Below are positions 8,713-18,277 of a stretch of DNA of 64,000 nt, piece after piece. The notes beneath the pieces were generated by a model, which saw only the letters and a program-made list of their open reading frames with translations, ran no database searches and had not been told where the DNA came from. Positions within the stretch are counted from its first letter, which is position 1. Every line of letters begins with the position of its first letter. Source of the stretch: an uncultured candidate division WWE3 bacterium (GTDB lineage: Bacteria > Patescibacteriota > WWE3 > UBA101185 > UBA10185); the NCBI GenBank assembly GCA_903879985.1, contig CAIRNR010000007.1:280079-344078 (forward strand), read 5' to 3'. A program made the position numbers and the translations under genes.

Positions 8713-8795
8713 ATACATATAGTTTACCGCAAGTGAGGAGAAAAAGTAGATCCCCCTTGCCAAAATATTTAAGCAAAGAGGATCTTTGTAAAACG

Positions 8796-9140
8796 TTACG
8801 ATTCCAATTTAAATTGTTGCCTGAAAAGTTCCAAATAGGACGTAAATAAGGTGACATTAATATTCACGGCCTTAATACCGGGAATTTCAGGTTCTTGGGT
8901 AGTCCAGACATAAATACAAGGCAATTTCTTCGAAAGATCTGATACCTTCCAGAAGAAACTATCCCATCTGCCCTTACCATGCCCTACAACAAACAAGCCG
9001 TCGAATTTTTCAACTGCTTCAGTCACACTGCTGAAATGCTGAAAAGTTATAATGCCATTGTTGCGCATATATTCAAGCAATGGAAGAAATGAAAATTCGT
9101 CGGCTTCGCTACATATATAAGCGATTCGCTTTATAGCCAC
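8796..9140 (-). CDS. Hypothetical protein (114 aa)
   Basis: GTG start with SD AAAGGAG. Confidence 0.6.
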   Translation of the reverse strand: MAIKRIAYICSEADEFSFLPLLEYMRNNGIITFQHFSSVTEAVEKFDGLFVVGHGKGRWDSFFWKVSDLSKKLPCIYVWTTQEPEIPGIKAVNINVTLFTSYLELFRQQFKLES

Positions 9141-9194
9141 AATTACTCTCCTTTGATCAGATTTGCGTACATTTTACCACAAATGACTTATAGC

Positions 9195-9920
9195 CTACAA
9201 AACGAACATCAAAACAACGCCTAACAAAAAACATACAAAAGATAGCCAAGACCTTACAACATTGGTCTCCTGACGAATCTCGGGCAATAAATCTGAAGTA
9301 GCTATATAAATAAATCCACCTGCCGCAAAAGCCGTGATATAAGGTGCAACCAAACCAACATGGGAAACCCACAAAAATCCTATAAAACCACCAAGAATTG
9401 CAAAAAGTGCGACAAATAAATTTGAAAGTACGGCTTTACGCACACTAAAACCTGAGTGAAGTAAAACACAAAAATTTCCAATCTCATGAGGAATTTCGTG
9501 TAAAACTACAGCCACACTTGTGGCAATACCAAGATTAATATTTGTATAAAAAGCGGCGGCAATAACCAATCCATCCAAGAAATTATGAACAACATCACCT
9601 GTTAAGTTCATTAACCCTAGAACGTGCTTATCATCTACAACATCGTGATGGTGGTGCCAACGTAATATTTTTTCCAACAAGAAAAATACAATAAATGCGC
9701 CAAGAACTAGCAAATTAACAACATTTGAGGGCAATTGTGCACTGGCTTCGGGTATTAAATGTAAAAAGGCGCCACCCAGCAAAGTTCCTGCTGATGCCGC
9801 AACTAAAAATATTAATAATCTATTTAATCTTTCTCTACCTATGGATAAAGTAGCCACACCAACCAGCGAAATTAAACTTATTATTATATTTGCCGTAATT
9901 GTAAGCGCGAATTTATCCAT
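9195..9920 (-). CDS. ZIP family metal (Zn) transporter
   Basis: AFLHLIPEA, His-rich loop WHHHH, HNFLDG, LHEIPHEIG. Confidence 0.92.
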   Translation of the reverse strand: MDKFALTITANIIISLISLVGVATLSIGRERLNRLLIFLVAASAGTLLGGAFLHLIPEASAQLPSNVVNLLVLGAFIVFFLLEKILRWHHHHDVVDDKHVLGLMNLTGDVVHNFLDGLVIAAAFYTNINLGIATSVAVVLHEIPHEIGNFCVLLHSGFSVRKAVLSNLFVALFAILGGFIGFLWVSHVGLVAPYITAFAAGGFIYIATSDLLPEIRQETNVVRSWLSFVCFLLGVVLMFVL

Positions 9921-9978
9921 ATGTTTATCCAAATTTTACACGAAAAAAGCGTAATAGCGCTATACTTATACTACTTAT

Positions 9979-12048
9979 ATGCACGATAAAGAAGCTATAG
10001 AAAAATCACTAACTAAGCTGAATTCAGAAGTTTCCGCAATTATTGAAGAAAATAAGTTTGACATTTCAGGAGCAATAAAAGGCTCTTTTTTTCACCACAG
10101 ATTGGGAGAAATAGTAAAAGACACAATAAAAACAGAAGACGGTGAAATTTTAAAACAGGCAACCGGAAAGACTGTGGGATTTTTTTACATAACAATCCGC
10201 GACTTACTTCGAGTAAATAAAGAAGGTACGCATGAAGAAGGCGATAAAGTACTAATAAAATGCGTGCAAAAAGTAGGACAACAATTAACTAAATTAAATA
10301 TTTCCAACTTCGAAATTTATCATATATTGGGAGCAGATTTTATTTGCATTTGTAACATTTCACAAGATAACGTTCCGGAAATAACCAAAACACTAAGTGA
10401 CATAACAATCAATTTTGAAAATGCCAGCCAGCCTGCGCACCTTAGCGTTTACGGCTATACCATAAAACAACTTATCGAGGATGGAAACAAAGGTTTGGAA
10501 TTAGAAAACGATAAATCTTTAAACAAAAATATATCTCGTCACGCAACCAGCGTACTTGTTCAAGCAATCAACTACGGTATTGAATACAACAAACTTATTG
10601 ATACGATTGCAGATTTTAAGTCATGCAAAAAAGGCCAAAAGGATTTTTATGACATGTACATTAAATATCTATTTGATCCCGTACCAACTATAAAAAAACT
10701 ACTTGAAATGTCGTCTACCGACATAGAAACATTATGCATCCAAACCGCGTACGAAAAAACGCACGATGACGAACCTTCATACGCAGGTGTTCTGAAAACT
10801 CAAATAAAATATTTATATAAAAATCCCGAAGAAGCACTTAATAAAATAGAAAAAACTCGTACCCAACTTGAAAAAATTCCTGAAAACAAACCTGAAACCT
10901 ATGAAAACTTTAACGAGCAGGTTAAAAATTATCGTACACAAAAAAGTAAATGGTTCGAAAATGTATCCCAATTGTTTTATCAAGCAACTAGTACTGAAGA
11001 TAACGATTGCAAAATATGCAAAGAATTAGTAAAAGTTTTTATTAGCGAACCCAAGTTATGTGCTGACTACGGTCCCCTTCTAGAAAAATATGTAGAATCA
11101 GTAAAAGATTTAGACAAAAAGATAATTTTAAAAACAATAGAAACAGGTTACCGACGCGCACTAATTAATTACGACGATTTAACCGGTCTTAAAAACAAAG
11201 AACAAGCCAAAAAAGAAGTTGGTAAATTTTACGATCAAAATATAAATTTCAGCATAATAAACATTGATTTAGCGTACTTAAAATACTTTAACGTCCACGG
11301 AGGAAGAAAAACTGTTGGAGATCTGGCAATCAAAAAAGCTGCGTACATTGTAGATTTGGTAAAACAAAACTGTTTAAAGCGTAATTTAGAGGTAGAAGTT
11401 TGCCGTTCGGGTGGCGACGAGTTCACCTTTGTATCAAACGTAAACGCGGAACAAGCTACAAACATTGCCGATGAAATAGAAGGTGAATCAATAAAGAAAG
11501 GTCCGGTTCCAGCAGCGCCTACATCCAAACAAACATATTTACCTGAAAGAATTAGGTTTAACGCAGGAATTACAGATTTGAGTGAAACTAAAAACTTGTT
11601 ATTTAAATTAGCTAAAATACGACCAAAACTATTTAACAAAATCGAGCTTACCGCTTTAACCGTTGAAACGCCAAACCCCGAGCAACGTGAAATAAGAAAA
11701 AAGTTAGTTATTGATACCATGTTTAAGTTCGCGGATATTTTGCAAGAGATAAATAAAAAAACGGATAGATTTGAATTTTTGCTCCATAGATATAGTGATT
11801 TTAAAAACTCAAAAACAGGAGACATGTCGTACTTTGAAACTATTTTGGCATTTTCAGGAAAAGCCTTGGGCGGATTTACAATAAAAGATTTTGATAACAT
11901 TGCAAAATATGCTGCAAAAAAACACATAGATATTTCCAGTTTGGATTGCGACCAGCTTCAGCAATTAATAAAAGTATTCTTTAAAAAACAAAGTCGTGTG
12001 CCTGCAAATGTAAGTAAGGAGACAAATATAATTGCGCAGTTAAACTAA
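9979..12048 (+). CDS. Diguanylate cyclase (GGDEF) with an N-terminal degenerate GGDEF-like domain
   Basis: DDLTGLKN, IDLAYLKYFN..G...GDLAI, RSGGDEF; N-terminal RVNKEGTHEEGDKVL...ILGADF. Confidence 0.8.
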   Translation: MHDKEAIEKSLTKLNSEVSAIIEENKFDISGAIKGSFFHHRLGEIVKDTIKTEDGEILKQATGKTVGFFYITIRDLLRVNKEGTHEEGDKVLIKCVQKVGQQLTKLNISNFEIYHILGADFICICNISQDNVPEITKTLSDITINFENASQPAHLSVYGYTIKQLIEDGNKGLELENDKSLNKNISRHATSVLVQAINYGIEYNKLIDTIADFKSCKKGQKDFYDMYIKYLFDPVPTIKKLLEMSSTDIETLCIQTAYEKTHDDEPSYAGVLKTQIKYLYKNPEEALNKIEKTRTQLEKIPENKPETYENFNEQVKNYRTQKSKWFENVSQLFYQATSTEDNDCKICKELVKVFISEPKLCADYGPLLEKYVESVKDLDKKIILKTIETGYRRALINYDDLTGLKNKEQAKKEVGKFYDQNINFSIINIDLAYLKYFNVHGGRKTVGDLAIKKAAYIVDLVKQNCLKRNLEVEVCRSGGDEFTFVSNVNAEQATNIADEIEGESIKKGPVPAAPTSKQTYLPERIRFNAGITDLSETKNLLFKLAKIRPKLFNKIELTALTVETPNPEQREIRKKLVIDTMFKFADILQEINKKTDRFEFLLHRYSDFKNSKTGDMSYFETILAFSGKALGGFTIKDFDNIAKYAAKKHIDISSLDCDQLQQLIKVFFKKQSRVPANVSKETNIIAQLN

Positions 12049-12089
12049 CCGTCAGGACGTAACTCCCCTACGCTGTTATAATAAACCTA

Positions 12090-13466
12090 GTGTCCAAGCT
12101 TAAAAATTTATTACAAACCTTAAAAATTCCCGCCTTAATATTTCTTGTCACATTTGTTGGATATATGGCCAACGCAAAAATAGACTTTGATACAGGTATG
12201 CGTAAACATACATATCAATCTTTGTTAACATCCTTAGATACCACTGCAAATACCGTTTTACCCTACGCTCTTTACACAGAACACACCTTATATTTTGGTC
12301 CAAAGTCCATGAGGCTTATTAAGATAATAGATCCGAAGATGCCGCTTCCCCATTCAATGGTAGCAGTAGGAGACAAAAATTATCCGGCGTATCCAATATT
12401 AACCGGCTTAATGGCCATGCCGATTTATATTATTCCTTTAATGCTTAACAAAATGCCAAGCTTTAGATACTACGATAATGTCTTAAAAATTTTATTGCTG
12501 GGTAGAATTACAGCTTCCTTTTATACCGCCATTTCGGTAGCGCTGTTTTACATAATACTTAAAAAAATTAATGAGCTAAGAAATATTAAAACCAATTGGT
12601 TCACCTACTTCTTTTTGTTTTTCTACGCTTTTGGAACTGAAGCCTGGGTTATATCCAGTAGAACTCTGTGGCAGCACACATCGTCGCTACTATTTATAAC
12701 AATCGCAATACTGCTTTTAGTAAAAGGACAAAAAAACCCCGGGCTTATTAAATGGACTGGATTGGTTTGCGGACTCGCCGTAGTTGCGCGACCAACCAAT
12801 ATAGTTTTTGCCGCCGTGGTAGCTTTTTACGTTTTTCTGAATCACCGAAAAGAAATATTTAAATTTTGTTTAATGGCTGCAGGGCCGGCTATATTAATGC
12901 TTACTTACAATTGGATGGTTTTTAAATCACCTTTTACAAACGAGTATGGCGCCCGCGAGGACACAAGCTTTTCAACACCAATGTGGGTGGGATTAGTTGG
13001 CTACGCAATAAGTCCCACACGAAGCTTTTTATTTATTACGCCACCTTTTTTGTTGTCATATTTTGGAATGTACAAGATTATCAAAAAAGCTTGGCTTAGA
13101 TATGGTTACAAAAGTAAGCACACAGCCGACCCAAAAACCCAAATGGATTACCTGGACAAAATACTATTCTTTATGGCACTTTCATACATTGGAACTCTAA
13201 TACTATTTTCGAACTGGTGGTGCTGGTACGGAGCAGATAGATTTGGTTACGGATTTTTCACAGAACATATTCCTTACATAGCAATATTTGCATATTTAAT
13301 AGCGGCTAAATTTAAAAAGGTTGGAATGATTATATTTTCTATTCTGGTAGTGTACTCACTTTATATTCAGTTCACCGCCGTTATGTTTAGAAGAAGCCAA
13401 TGCTCCGGCGATCACAACTGGTCTTTTTACTGCTTAATGCCTGTTAAAGGAATAATCGCTAACTGA
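12090..13466 (+). CDS. Polytopic GT-C (ArnT/PMT-like) membrane glycosyltransferase
   Basis: Multiple TM helices, SRTLWQH, ARPTN, YNW..F; GTG start after TGTTATAAT. Confidence 0.7.
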   Translation: MSKLKNLLQTLKIPALIFLVTFVGYMANAKIDFDTGMRKHTYQSLLTSLDTTANTVLPYALYTEHTLYFGPKSMRLIKIIDPKMPLPHSMVAVGDKNYPAYPILTGLMAMPIYIIPLMLNKMPSFRYYDNVLKILLLGRITASFYTAISVALFYIILKKINELRNIKTNWFTYFFLFFYAFGTEAWVISSRTLWQHTSSLLFITIAILLLVKGQKNPGLIKWTGLVCGLAVVARPTNIVFAAVVAFYVFLNHRKEIFKFCLMAAGPAILMLTYNWMVFKSPFTNEYGAREDTSFSTPMWVGLVGYAISPTRSFLFITPPFLLSYFGMYKIIKKAWLRYGYKSKHTADPKTQMDYLDKILFFMALSYIGTLILFSNWWCWYGADRFGYGFFTEHIPYIAIFAYLIAAKFKKVGMIIFSILVVYSLYIQFTAVMFRRSQCSGDHNWSFYCLMPVKGIIAN

Positions 13467-14011
13467 AGCAAACGCTTAATTACCTTATCCAATTTTTCCT
13501 CTGGAAACTCCGTAAGCATTTTGTGATAAAACTCGAAAATTACTTTTGCATCACCCAATGCTCTATGTCTTGATAAACACTCAATAGAATGACGCCTAAT
13601 AATTTCATCTAAGTTGTGACGGCGATAATCCGGGTACAATGCTTTAGATAGCTTAACAGTGCAAAGTCGATCCAAATTTAGATCAATACCATTTCTAAGA
13701 AATTCGTTTTTTAAAAAGTTGTAATCAAATTCTACGTTATGCGCCACAAAAACTGCGCCTTCAAGCAAACCTAACATTTCATCTTTTAATTCCTCAAAGC
13801 TTGGGGCTTTATTTATTTCTTTTTTTTTAATACTTGTGAAATTTAATATGTAGGGCGATACCTGAATTTTTGGATTAATAACCGAACTAAACACGTCTGT
13901 AACTTGATGCCCGTTGGTTCTGATAATTGCTACTTCAAGAACCCGATCGTTGGTTAGGTTAGACCCAGTTGTTTCAATATCAACAAATGCTAGTTCTACA
14001 GGTAACATCAC
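13427..14011 (-). CDS. DEDDh 3'-5' exonuclease (DnaQ/PolC-exo-like)
   Basis: VDIETTG, VAHNVEFD, HRALGDA. Confidence 0.92.
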   Translation of the reverse strand: MMLPVELAFVDIETTGSNLTNDRVLEVAIIRTNGHQVTDVFSSVINPKIQVSPYILNFTSIKKKEINKAPSFEELKDEMLGLLEGAVFVAHNVEFDYNFLKNEFLRNGIDLNLDRLCTVKLSKALYPDYRRHNLDEIIRRHSIECLSRHRALGDAKVIFEFYHKMLTEFPEEKLDKVIKRLLQLAIIPLTGIKQ

Positions 14012-14074
14012 GTGATACTACCAATTTAACTAAGTTTCTTCAAATTGACTCGTTCTGCTAAAATGTACTAATAA

Positions 14075-14998
14075 ATGGATCTATCTGTTGTAGCTACAAT
14101 ATATAATGACGAAGGAAACGTGGCACCTCTTGTCGCTGAAATACAAAAGCACGTTAATACTTTAGGGGTTTCATACGAGATTCTATTAGTAGACGACTTT
14201 AGTAAAGACGGCAGCAGAAAAGCTATTGAAAACGTATGTGAACAAAATCCTGAAGTTAAAGGAGTCTTTTTATCTAAAAATCACGGCCAACAAATAGCCA
14301 TGAGTGCAGGAATAAATTTAGCAACAGGAAATTATGTTGTAATTATGGACGGTGACCTTCAAAATCCGCCAGCAGAAATACCAAACCTGTACAACGAAAT
14401 AAAAAAAGGTTACGACATAGTTTATACAACTTCGGAAATAAGAAATAACTTTTTCGATCAATTAACATCAAAAGCTTTTTGGTTTTTAGTCACAACAGTA
14501 TTTAAAGTAGATATTGTCCCAAACCAATTAATGTTAAAAATAATGACCCGTGATTTTGTAGATAAGTTCAACAAATATAACGAACTTAATAGAACAATCG
14601 AAGGGTTACTAAGAGACATAAGTTCAAACTATTCCATAATTAAAGTAACTAACAGAAAAAGATTAAGCGGTAAAAGCCACTATAACTTATTTATGAAAAT
14701 CAGCTTGATGATTGATTTAATTATTTCTCTTACAGCCAAACCATTGGACCTTTTATTGTTAATTTCAGGAATAATTTTCACGTCATCATTTTTTTTGGGA
14801 ATATATTATTTAATAATGTATTTGTTTTTTGCTACGCCCATAGGATACACATCTTTAGTTTTAGCAATTGTCTTTTTTGGTAGCTTTAACAGCATAATGA
14901 TAGGTCTTGTAGGAAAGTATATATCCACAATATATTTGGAATCTAAAAATCGCCCTCTCTTCCATTTGGACAAAACAATAAATATTCACAACAAATAA
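14075..14998 (+). CDS. GT2 polyprenol-phosphate glycosyltransferase (GtrB/ArnC-like)
   Basis: YNDEGN, VDDFSKD, NHGQ, MDGDLQNPP, two C-terminal TMs. Confidence 0.9.
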   Translation: MDLSVVATIYNDEGNVAPLVAEIQKHVNTLGVSYEILLVDDFSKDGSRKAIENVCEQNPEVKGVFLSKNHGQQIAMSAGINLATGNYVVIMDGDLQNPPAEIPNLYNEIKKGYDIVYTTSEIRNNFFDQLTSKAFWFLVTTVFKVDIVPNQLMLKIMTRDFVDKFNKYNELNRTIEGLLRDISSNYSIIKVTNRKRLSGKSHYNLFMKISLMIDLIISLTAKPLDLLLLISGIIFTSSFFLGIYYLIMYLFFATPIGYTSLVLAIVFFGSFNSIMIGLVGKYISTIYLESKNRPLFHLDKTINIHNK

Positions 14999-15018
14999 CT
15001 GTATGTTATACTCTACCA

Positions 15019-15672
15019 ATGGAAACAAATACAAACACAAATAATAAAATGTTAGTTGATTTAAAAGTAAAATTTTCTGCTTTAAAAAATGAAGTGCTTA
15101 AGAATAAAATGATTCTTGTAGCCATCGTAGTAGTTTTGCTAGGAGGAGTTCTTTATTTTGTTAAAGGATTTTTTGTTGCCGCTTTAGTTAACGGCGTTCC
15201 TGTATCCAGAATGGAAGTTGTAAGTCAGCTGGAAAAAGCTAATGGTAAAGCAGCACTTGATTCTTTGGTAACCAGAGCTTTGGTTCAGCAAGAAGCTAAC
15301 AAAAAAGGCGTTAAAATTTCAGCTGATGAAGTAAACAAAGAAGTAGCCTCAATTTCAGATAACTTAAAGAGCCAAAATCAAAATCTTGATAATGTTTTAC
15401 AAGCTCAAGGAATGACACGCGCCGAATTAAACGAACAAATCAAATATCAAAAGACAGTTGAGCAATTATTGGGTGATAAAGTTGCCGTAACAGACGCAGA
15501 AGTTAACACCTACATGACCGACAATAAAGCTTCATTGCCAACAGACAATCCAGATCAGGTAAAAAGTATAGTTAAACAGCAACTTGCCCAACAAAAGTTG
15601 TCTTCTGAATATCAAACATACGTAACTGAACTAAAAGCCAAAGCTAAAGTTACTTACTTTGTGAACTATTAG
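15019..15672 (+). CDS. SurA/PrsA N-terminal-domain foldase-like protein
   Basis: TM then VAALVNGVPVS, LVQQEA.KKG, C-terminal LKAKAKV; no parvulin domain. Confidence 0.85.
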   Translation: METNTNTNNKMLVDLKVKFSALKNEVLKNKMILVAIVVVLLGGVLYFVKGFFVAALVNGVPVSRMEVVSQLEKANGKAALDSLVTRALVQQEANKKGVKISADEVNKEVASISDNLKSQNQNLDNVLQAQGMTRAELNEQIKYQKTVEQLLGDKVAVTDAEVNTYMTDNKASLPTDNPDQVKSIVKQQLAQQKLSSEYQTYVTELKAKAKVTYFVNY

Positions 15673-16217
15673 TGTACCTAAAGTCTATTAGAACTCTTAA
15701 AGAACAAGACGAAGTTTTGTACAAACCCGGTAGTACTGGTCCAGAATCAGTTTACTGGGTTTTTACGGATATTACTCAAGGCAAATGGATAAACATGACC
15801 GTAATAACCTCGGGCATGTACGGCGAAGAATTTCCAAAAACATACGGGCATTACCATAACACCAACGTTAACGAAATTTACCACGTGATTGAAGGTCAGG
15901 GAATTTTATTAATGCAAAAAGGATATCCTGAGGTTACCGATATAGTACTTGTTACGCTTAAGCCTGGAGATGAAGTTACAATAACTCCCGAATGGGGACA
16001 CGCTTTATCTAACATAGGCGAAACACCACTTGTAACCTTTGATAATTGGAACAGCGGTCATACACAGGCAGATTACGACCCTATTAAAAAGGTTAGCGGA
16101 ATGGCATGTTTTTTGTTAAAGGGTGAGAATATCGCAAAAATAGCGCTTAATCAAAACTATGGCGACTTACCTACTCCTAAATTTATGACAGCTGAAGAAT
16201 TTAAGAAATACGCTTAA
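15672..16217 (+). CDS. Cupin-type (archaeal-like) glucose-6-phosphate isomerase
   Basis: GEEFPKTYGHYH, EIYHVIEG, PEWGH..SNIG, DYDPIK..SG. Confidence 0.8.
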   Translation: MYLKSIRTLKEQDEVLYKPGSTGPESVYWVFTDITQGKWINMTVITSGMYGEEFPKTYGHYHNTNVNEIYHVIEGQGILLMQKGYPEVTDIVLVTLKPGDEVTITPEWGHALSNIGETPLVTFDNWNSGHTQADYDPIKKVSGMACFLLKGENIAKIALNQNYGDLPTPKFMTAEEFKKYA

Positions 16218-16284
16218 ACTTCTTTTTAGTCTTGCGGATCATTTTATTCTTTTGAGCGTCTTTTTTCTTTTTATTAATACTCAT
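16201..16284 (-). CDS. Putative small basic protein (27 aa, MSINKKKKDAQKNKMIRKTKKKFKRIS), bS22/AURKAIP1-COX24-like
   Basis: Hand-translated ATG..TAA ORF 20 bp downstream of 16305..16667(-), 13/27 residues Lys/Arg; not in ORF track. Confidence 0.45.
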   Translation of the reverse strand: MSINKKKKDAQKNKMIRKTKKKFKRIS

Positions 16285-16304
16285 ATTTAAATTCTGACAC
16301 AATC

Positions 16305-16667
16305 TTAACTATTTACAAGCTTAGCTGAGAATATAATTCTCTTTTGATTGCCTTCGTCATCTATAATTTGAAGTGAACCACTATCTTTATAATAATCGGC
16401 TAACTCCTGGGCTAAAACTTCTTTATTTTCCTTAATATCTTCTCGAAGCTCTTTCATTTGTTTTTCCATGGCTTGCATTGTTTCGTTTGAAGAAACTTTT
16501 GCTTTCTTTTCTTTTACTTCATCTTTAAACTTTTGAGCTTCTGCCTGTAGGGCTTGATATGCTGGATCGTTCTCTAATGAATCTACCATTACAACTTTAA
16601 TCTTATCCAATTCATCTTGGAGATCGTTTAAAATCTTTAATCTTTTTGTGATCATTTCGAGTCCCAT
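16305..16667 (-). CDS. Coiled-coil hypothetical protein
   Basis: Helical, charged sequence; LADYY...G...I.D..G C-terminal motif. Confidence 0.75.
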   Translation of the reverse strand: MGLEMITKRLKILNDLQDELDKIKVVMVDSLENDPAYQALQAEAQKFKDEVKEKKAKVSSNETMQAMEKQMKELREDIKENKEVLAQELADYYKDSGSLQIIDDEGNQKRIIFSAKLVNS

Positions 16668-16725
16668 CGAAGTAGTTTATCATATATGTTTTGCTTATTC
16701 CAAGTACTTTTTATATTATGTACAA

Positions 16726-17361
16726 ATGAAGACAGTAAAAGGCAACAAACTATTGGAAATAACTAAAGAGGAATTAGACCAGCTAAAATCCAAATACGCA
16801 CGCGTAGAGCTGGATTTGGGCACAGGAGACGGCAGATTTGTATATAAGCGCGCTCTTGCCATGCCAACAACATTATATATAGGAGTGGATCCTGCAGCTA
16901 AGCAAATGGAGGAATTCTCTAAGAAAGCTGTGAAAAACCATGTTGATAATGTGATTTACGTTATTGGAAGCGTTGAGATATTGCCACAAGAACTAATAGG
17001 CGCGGCTGACTATTTAACCGTTATTTTACCCTGGGGTTCTCTATTGGAAGCTATAGCTAACGTAAATATAACTAAGGTTAATAACCTAAGATCGTTAATG
17101 AAACCAGACGCCGGATTTACATTTATTCTCGGTTATTCGGAAGAACTTGAAAAAGGAGAAACCAAAAGACTGCAACTTCCAGAATTAAACGAAGTTTATA
17201 TTAAAACCCAGCTTATACCTCAATTACAAGTTTTGGGCTTTAGTGACGCACAGGCAGGCATACTAAATAAAAGCGAACTAGCAGATTTGGACTCCACATG
17301 GGGAAAAAGAATTAAGGCAACACGCAACAGAATATTGTTTAAGATTGACAAAGCCCTATAA
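16726..17361 (+). CDS. 16S rRNA (adenine(1408)-N1)-methyltransferase, NpmA/KamB family
   Basis: DLGTGDG (D30), YIGVDP (D55), ILPWGSLL, STWGKR; start moved to MKTVKG at 16726. Confidence 0.85.
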   Translation: MKTVKGNKLLEITKEELDQLKSKYARVELDLGTGDGRFVYKRALAMPTTLYIGVDPAAKQMEEFSKKAVKNHVDNVIYVIGSVEILPQELIGAADYLTVILPWGSLLEAIANVNITKVNNLRSLMKPDAGFTFILGYSEELEKGETKRLQLPELNEVYIKTQLIPQLQVLGFSDAQAGILNKSELADLDSTWGKRIKATRNRILFKIDKAL

Positions 17362-17379
17362 ACAACGCAAACTTGGATA

Positions 17380-18252
17380 ATGGAACAAAATACAAATACA
17401 CAAAAGCTATCAGACATTATTTCCGTAATAAAATCTAGTGTTCAACTTTGGACAAAGAACAATCGTTGGCTCTTTATTCTAAAGGCACAAACCGTAATAT
17501 TTTTTGTGATCTTTATACAAGTGCTTCCTATTGCCATGGTCACAGCATTCGCAGCAGTTGCTACTAAAAATGGCAATGAATCCGTATCCGTTGTAGGCAC
17601 AATGTTGATTTCACTACTTTGCTTGGTTTTTTCTGTATTATTTTTTGGATTTGTTATGGCAATGAGCACAGGTATTTACATTGAGGCATATCACAACACG
17701 CAAATAAGCATGCTGGAATTTGCAAAAAAAGCCTATAAAAAGAATTACAAGTTTTTGGGTATCACCTTTATTTTGTACTTAATGCTTATGTTTGGCTTTA
17801 TGTTCTTTATAATACCGGCCATTATATTAGGCATAATGTTCTCTTACACTTTGTATATCGCATATGAAGAAAACGTTGGCGTCATTGAAGCCTTCCAAAA
17901 AGGAGCTTCTTTGGTAAATGGCTACAAATTGGAATTATTTAAAAAAGGTGCAGTAGTGTTCGCTATAAGTATGGCCATTTCAATTTTCTTCGGAGCGTTT
18001 GAAAATGAGAAAGCGCCATTGATAATGAGATTAATTGCAACGCTGATACAATTACCCGTTGAAGTGGTTATCGGTTCTGCATTTCCATTTATCTGGGTAA
18101 CTTATTATTTTGAGCTCAAAAAAATCAAAGGCATACAACCACAAGCAGTGGATCAGGCACCAGTAATAAATCCGGTAGCGCCTCTAGCAGCGCCAACACC
18201 TGTACCAGCGCCCGTAACAACTACGCAAGAACCAGTAACACCAATTCAATAA
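17380..18252 (+). CDS. Polytopic membrane protein with Pro-rich C-terminal tail
   Basis: 5-6 TM helices, FFIIPAII, EAF.KG..LV.G, YFEL; low-complexity P/A/V/T tail. Confidence 0.75.
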   Translation: MEQNTNTQKLSDIISVIKSSVQLWTKNNRWLFILKAQTVIFFVIFIQVLPIAMVTAFAAVATKNGNESVSVVGTMLISLLCLVFSVLFFGFVMAMSTGIYIEAYHNTQISMLEFAKKAYKKNYKFLGITFILYLMLMFGFMFFIIPAIILGIMFSYTLYIAYEENVGVIEAFQKGASLVNGYKLELFKKGAVVFAISMAISIFFGAFENEKAPLIMRLIATLIQLPVEVVIGSAFPFIWVTYYFELKKIKGIQPQAVDQAPVINPVAPLAAPTPVPAPVTTTQEPVTPIQ

Positions 18253-18277
18253 AGGTGTTAGAATATTTCGGTAATCG

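Noticed and set aside
11235-11927. 230-aa antisense ORF inside the GGDEF gene (similarly 30105..30452, 40415..40942, 40982..41359, 52103..52801)
   Set aside because: Antisense shadows of well-supported genes; no motifs
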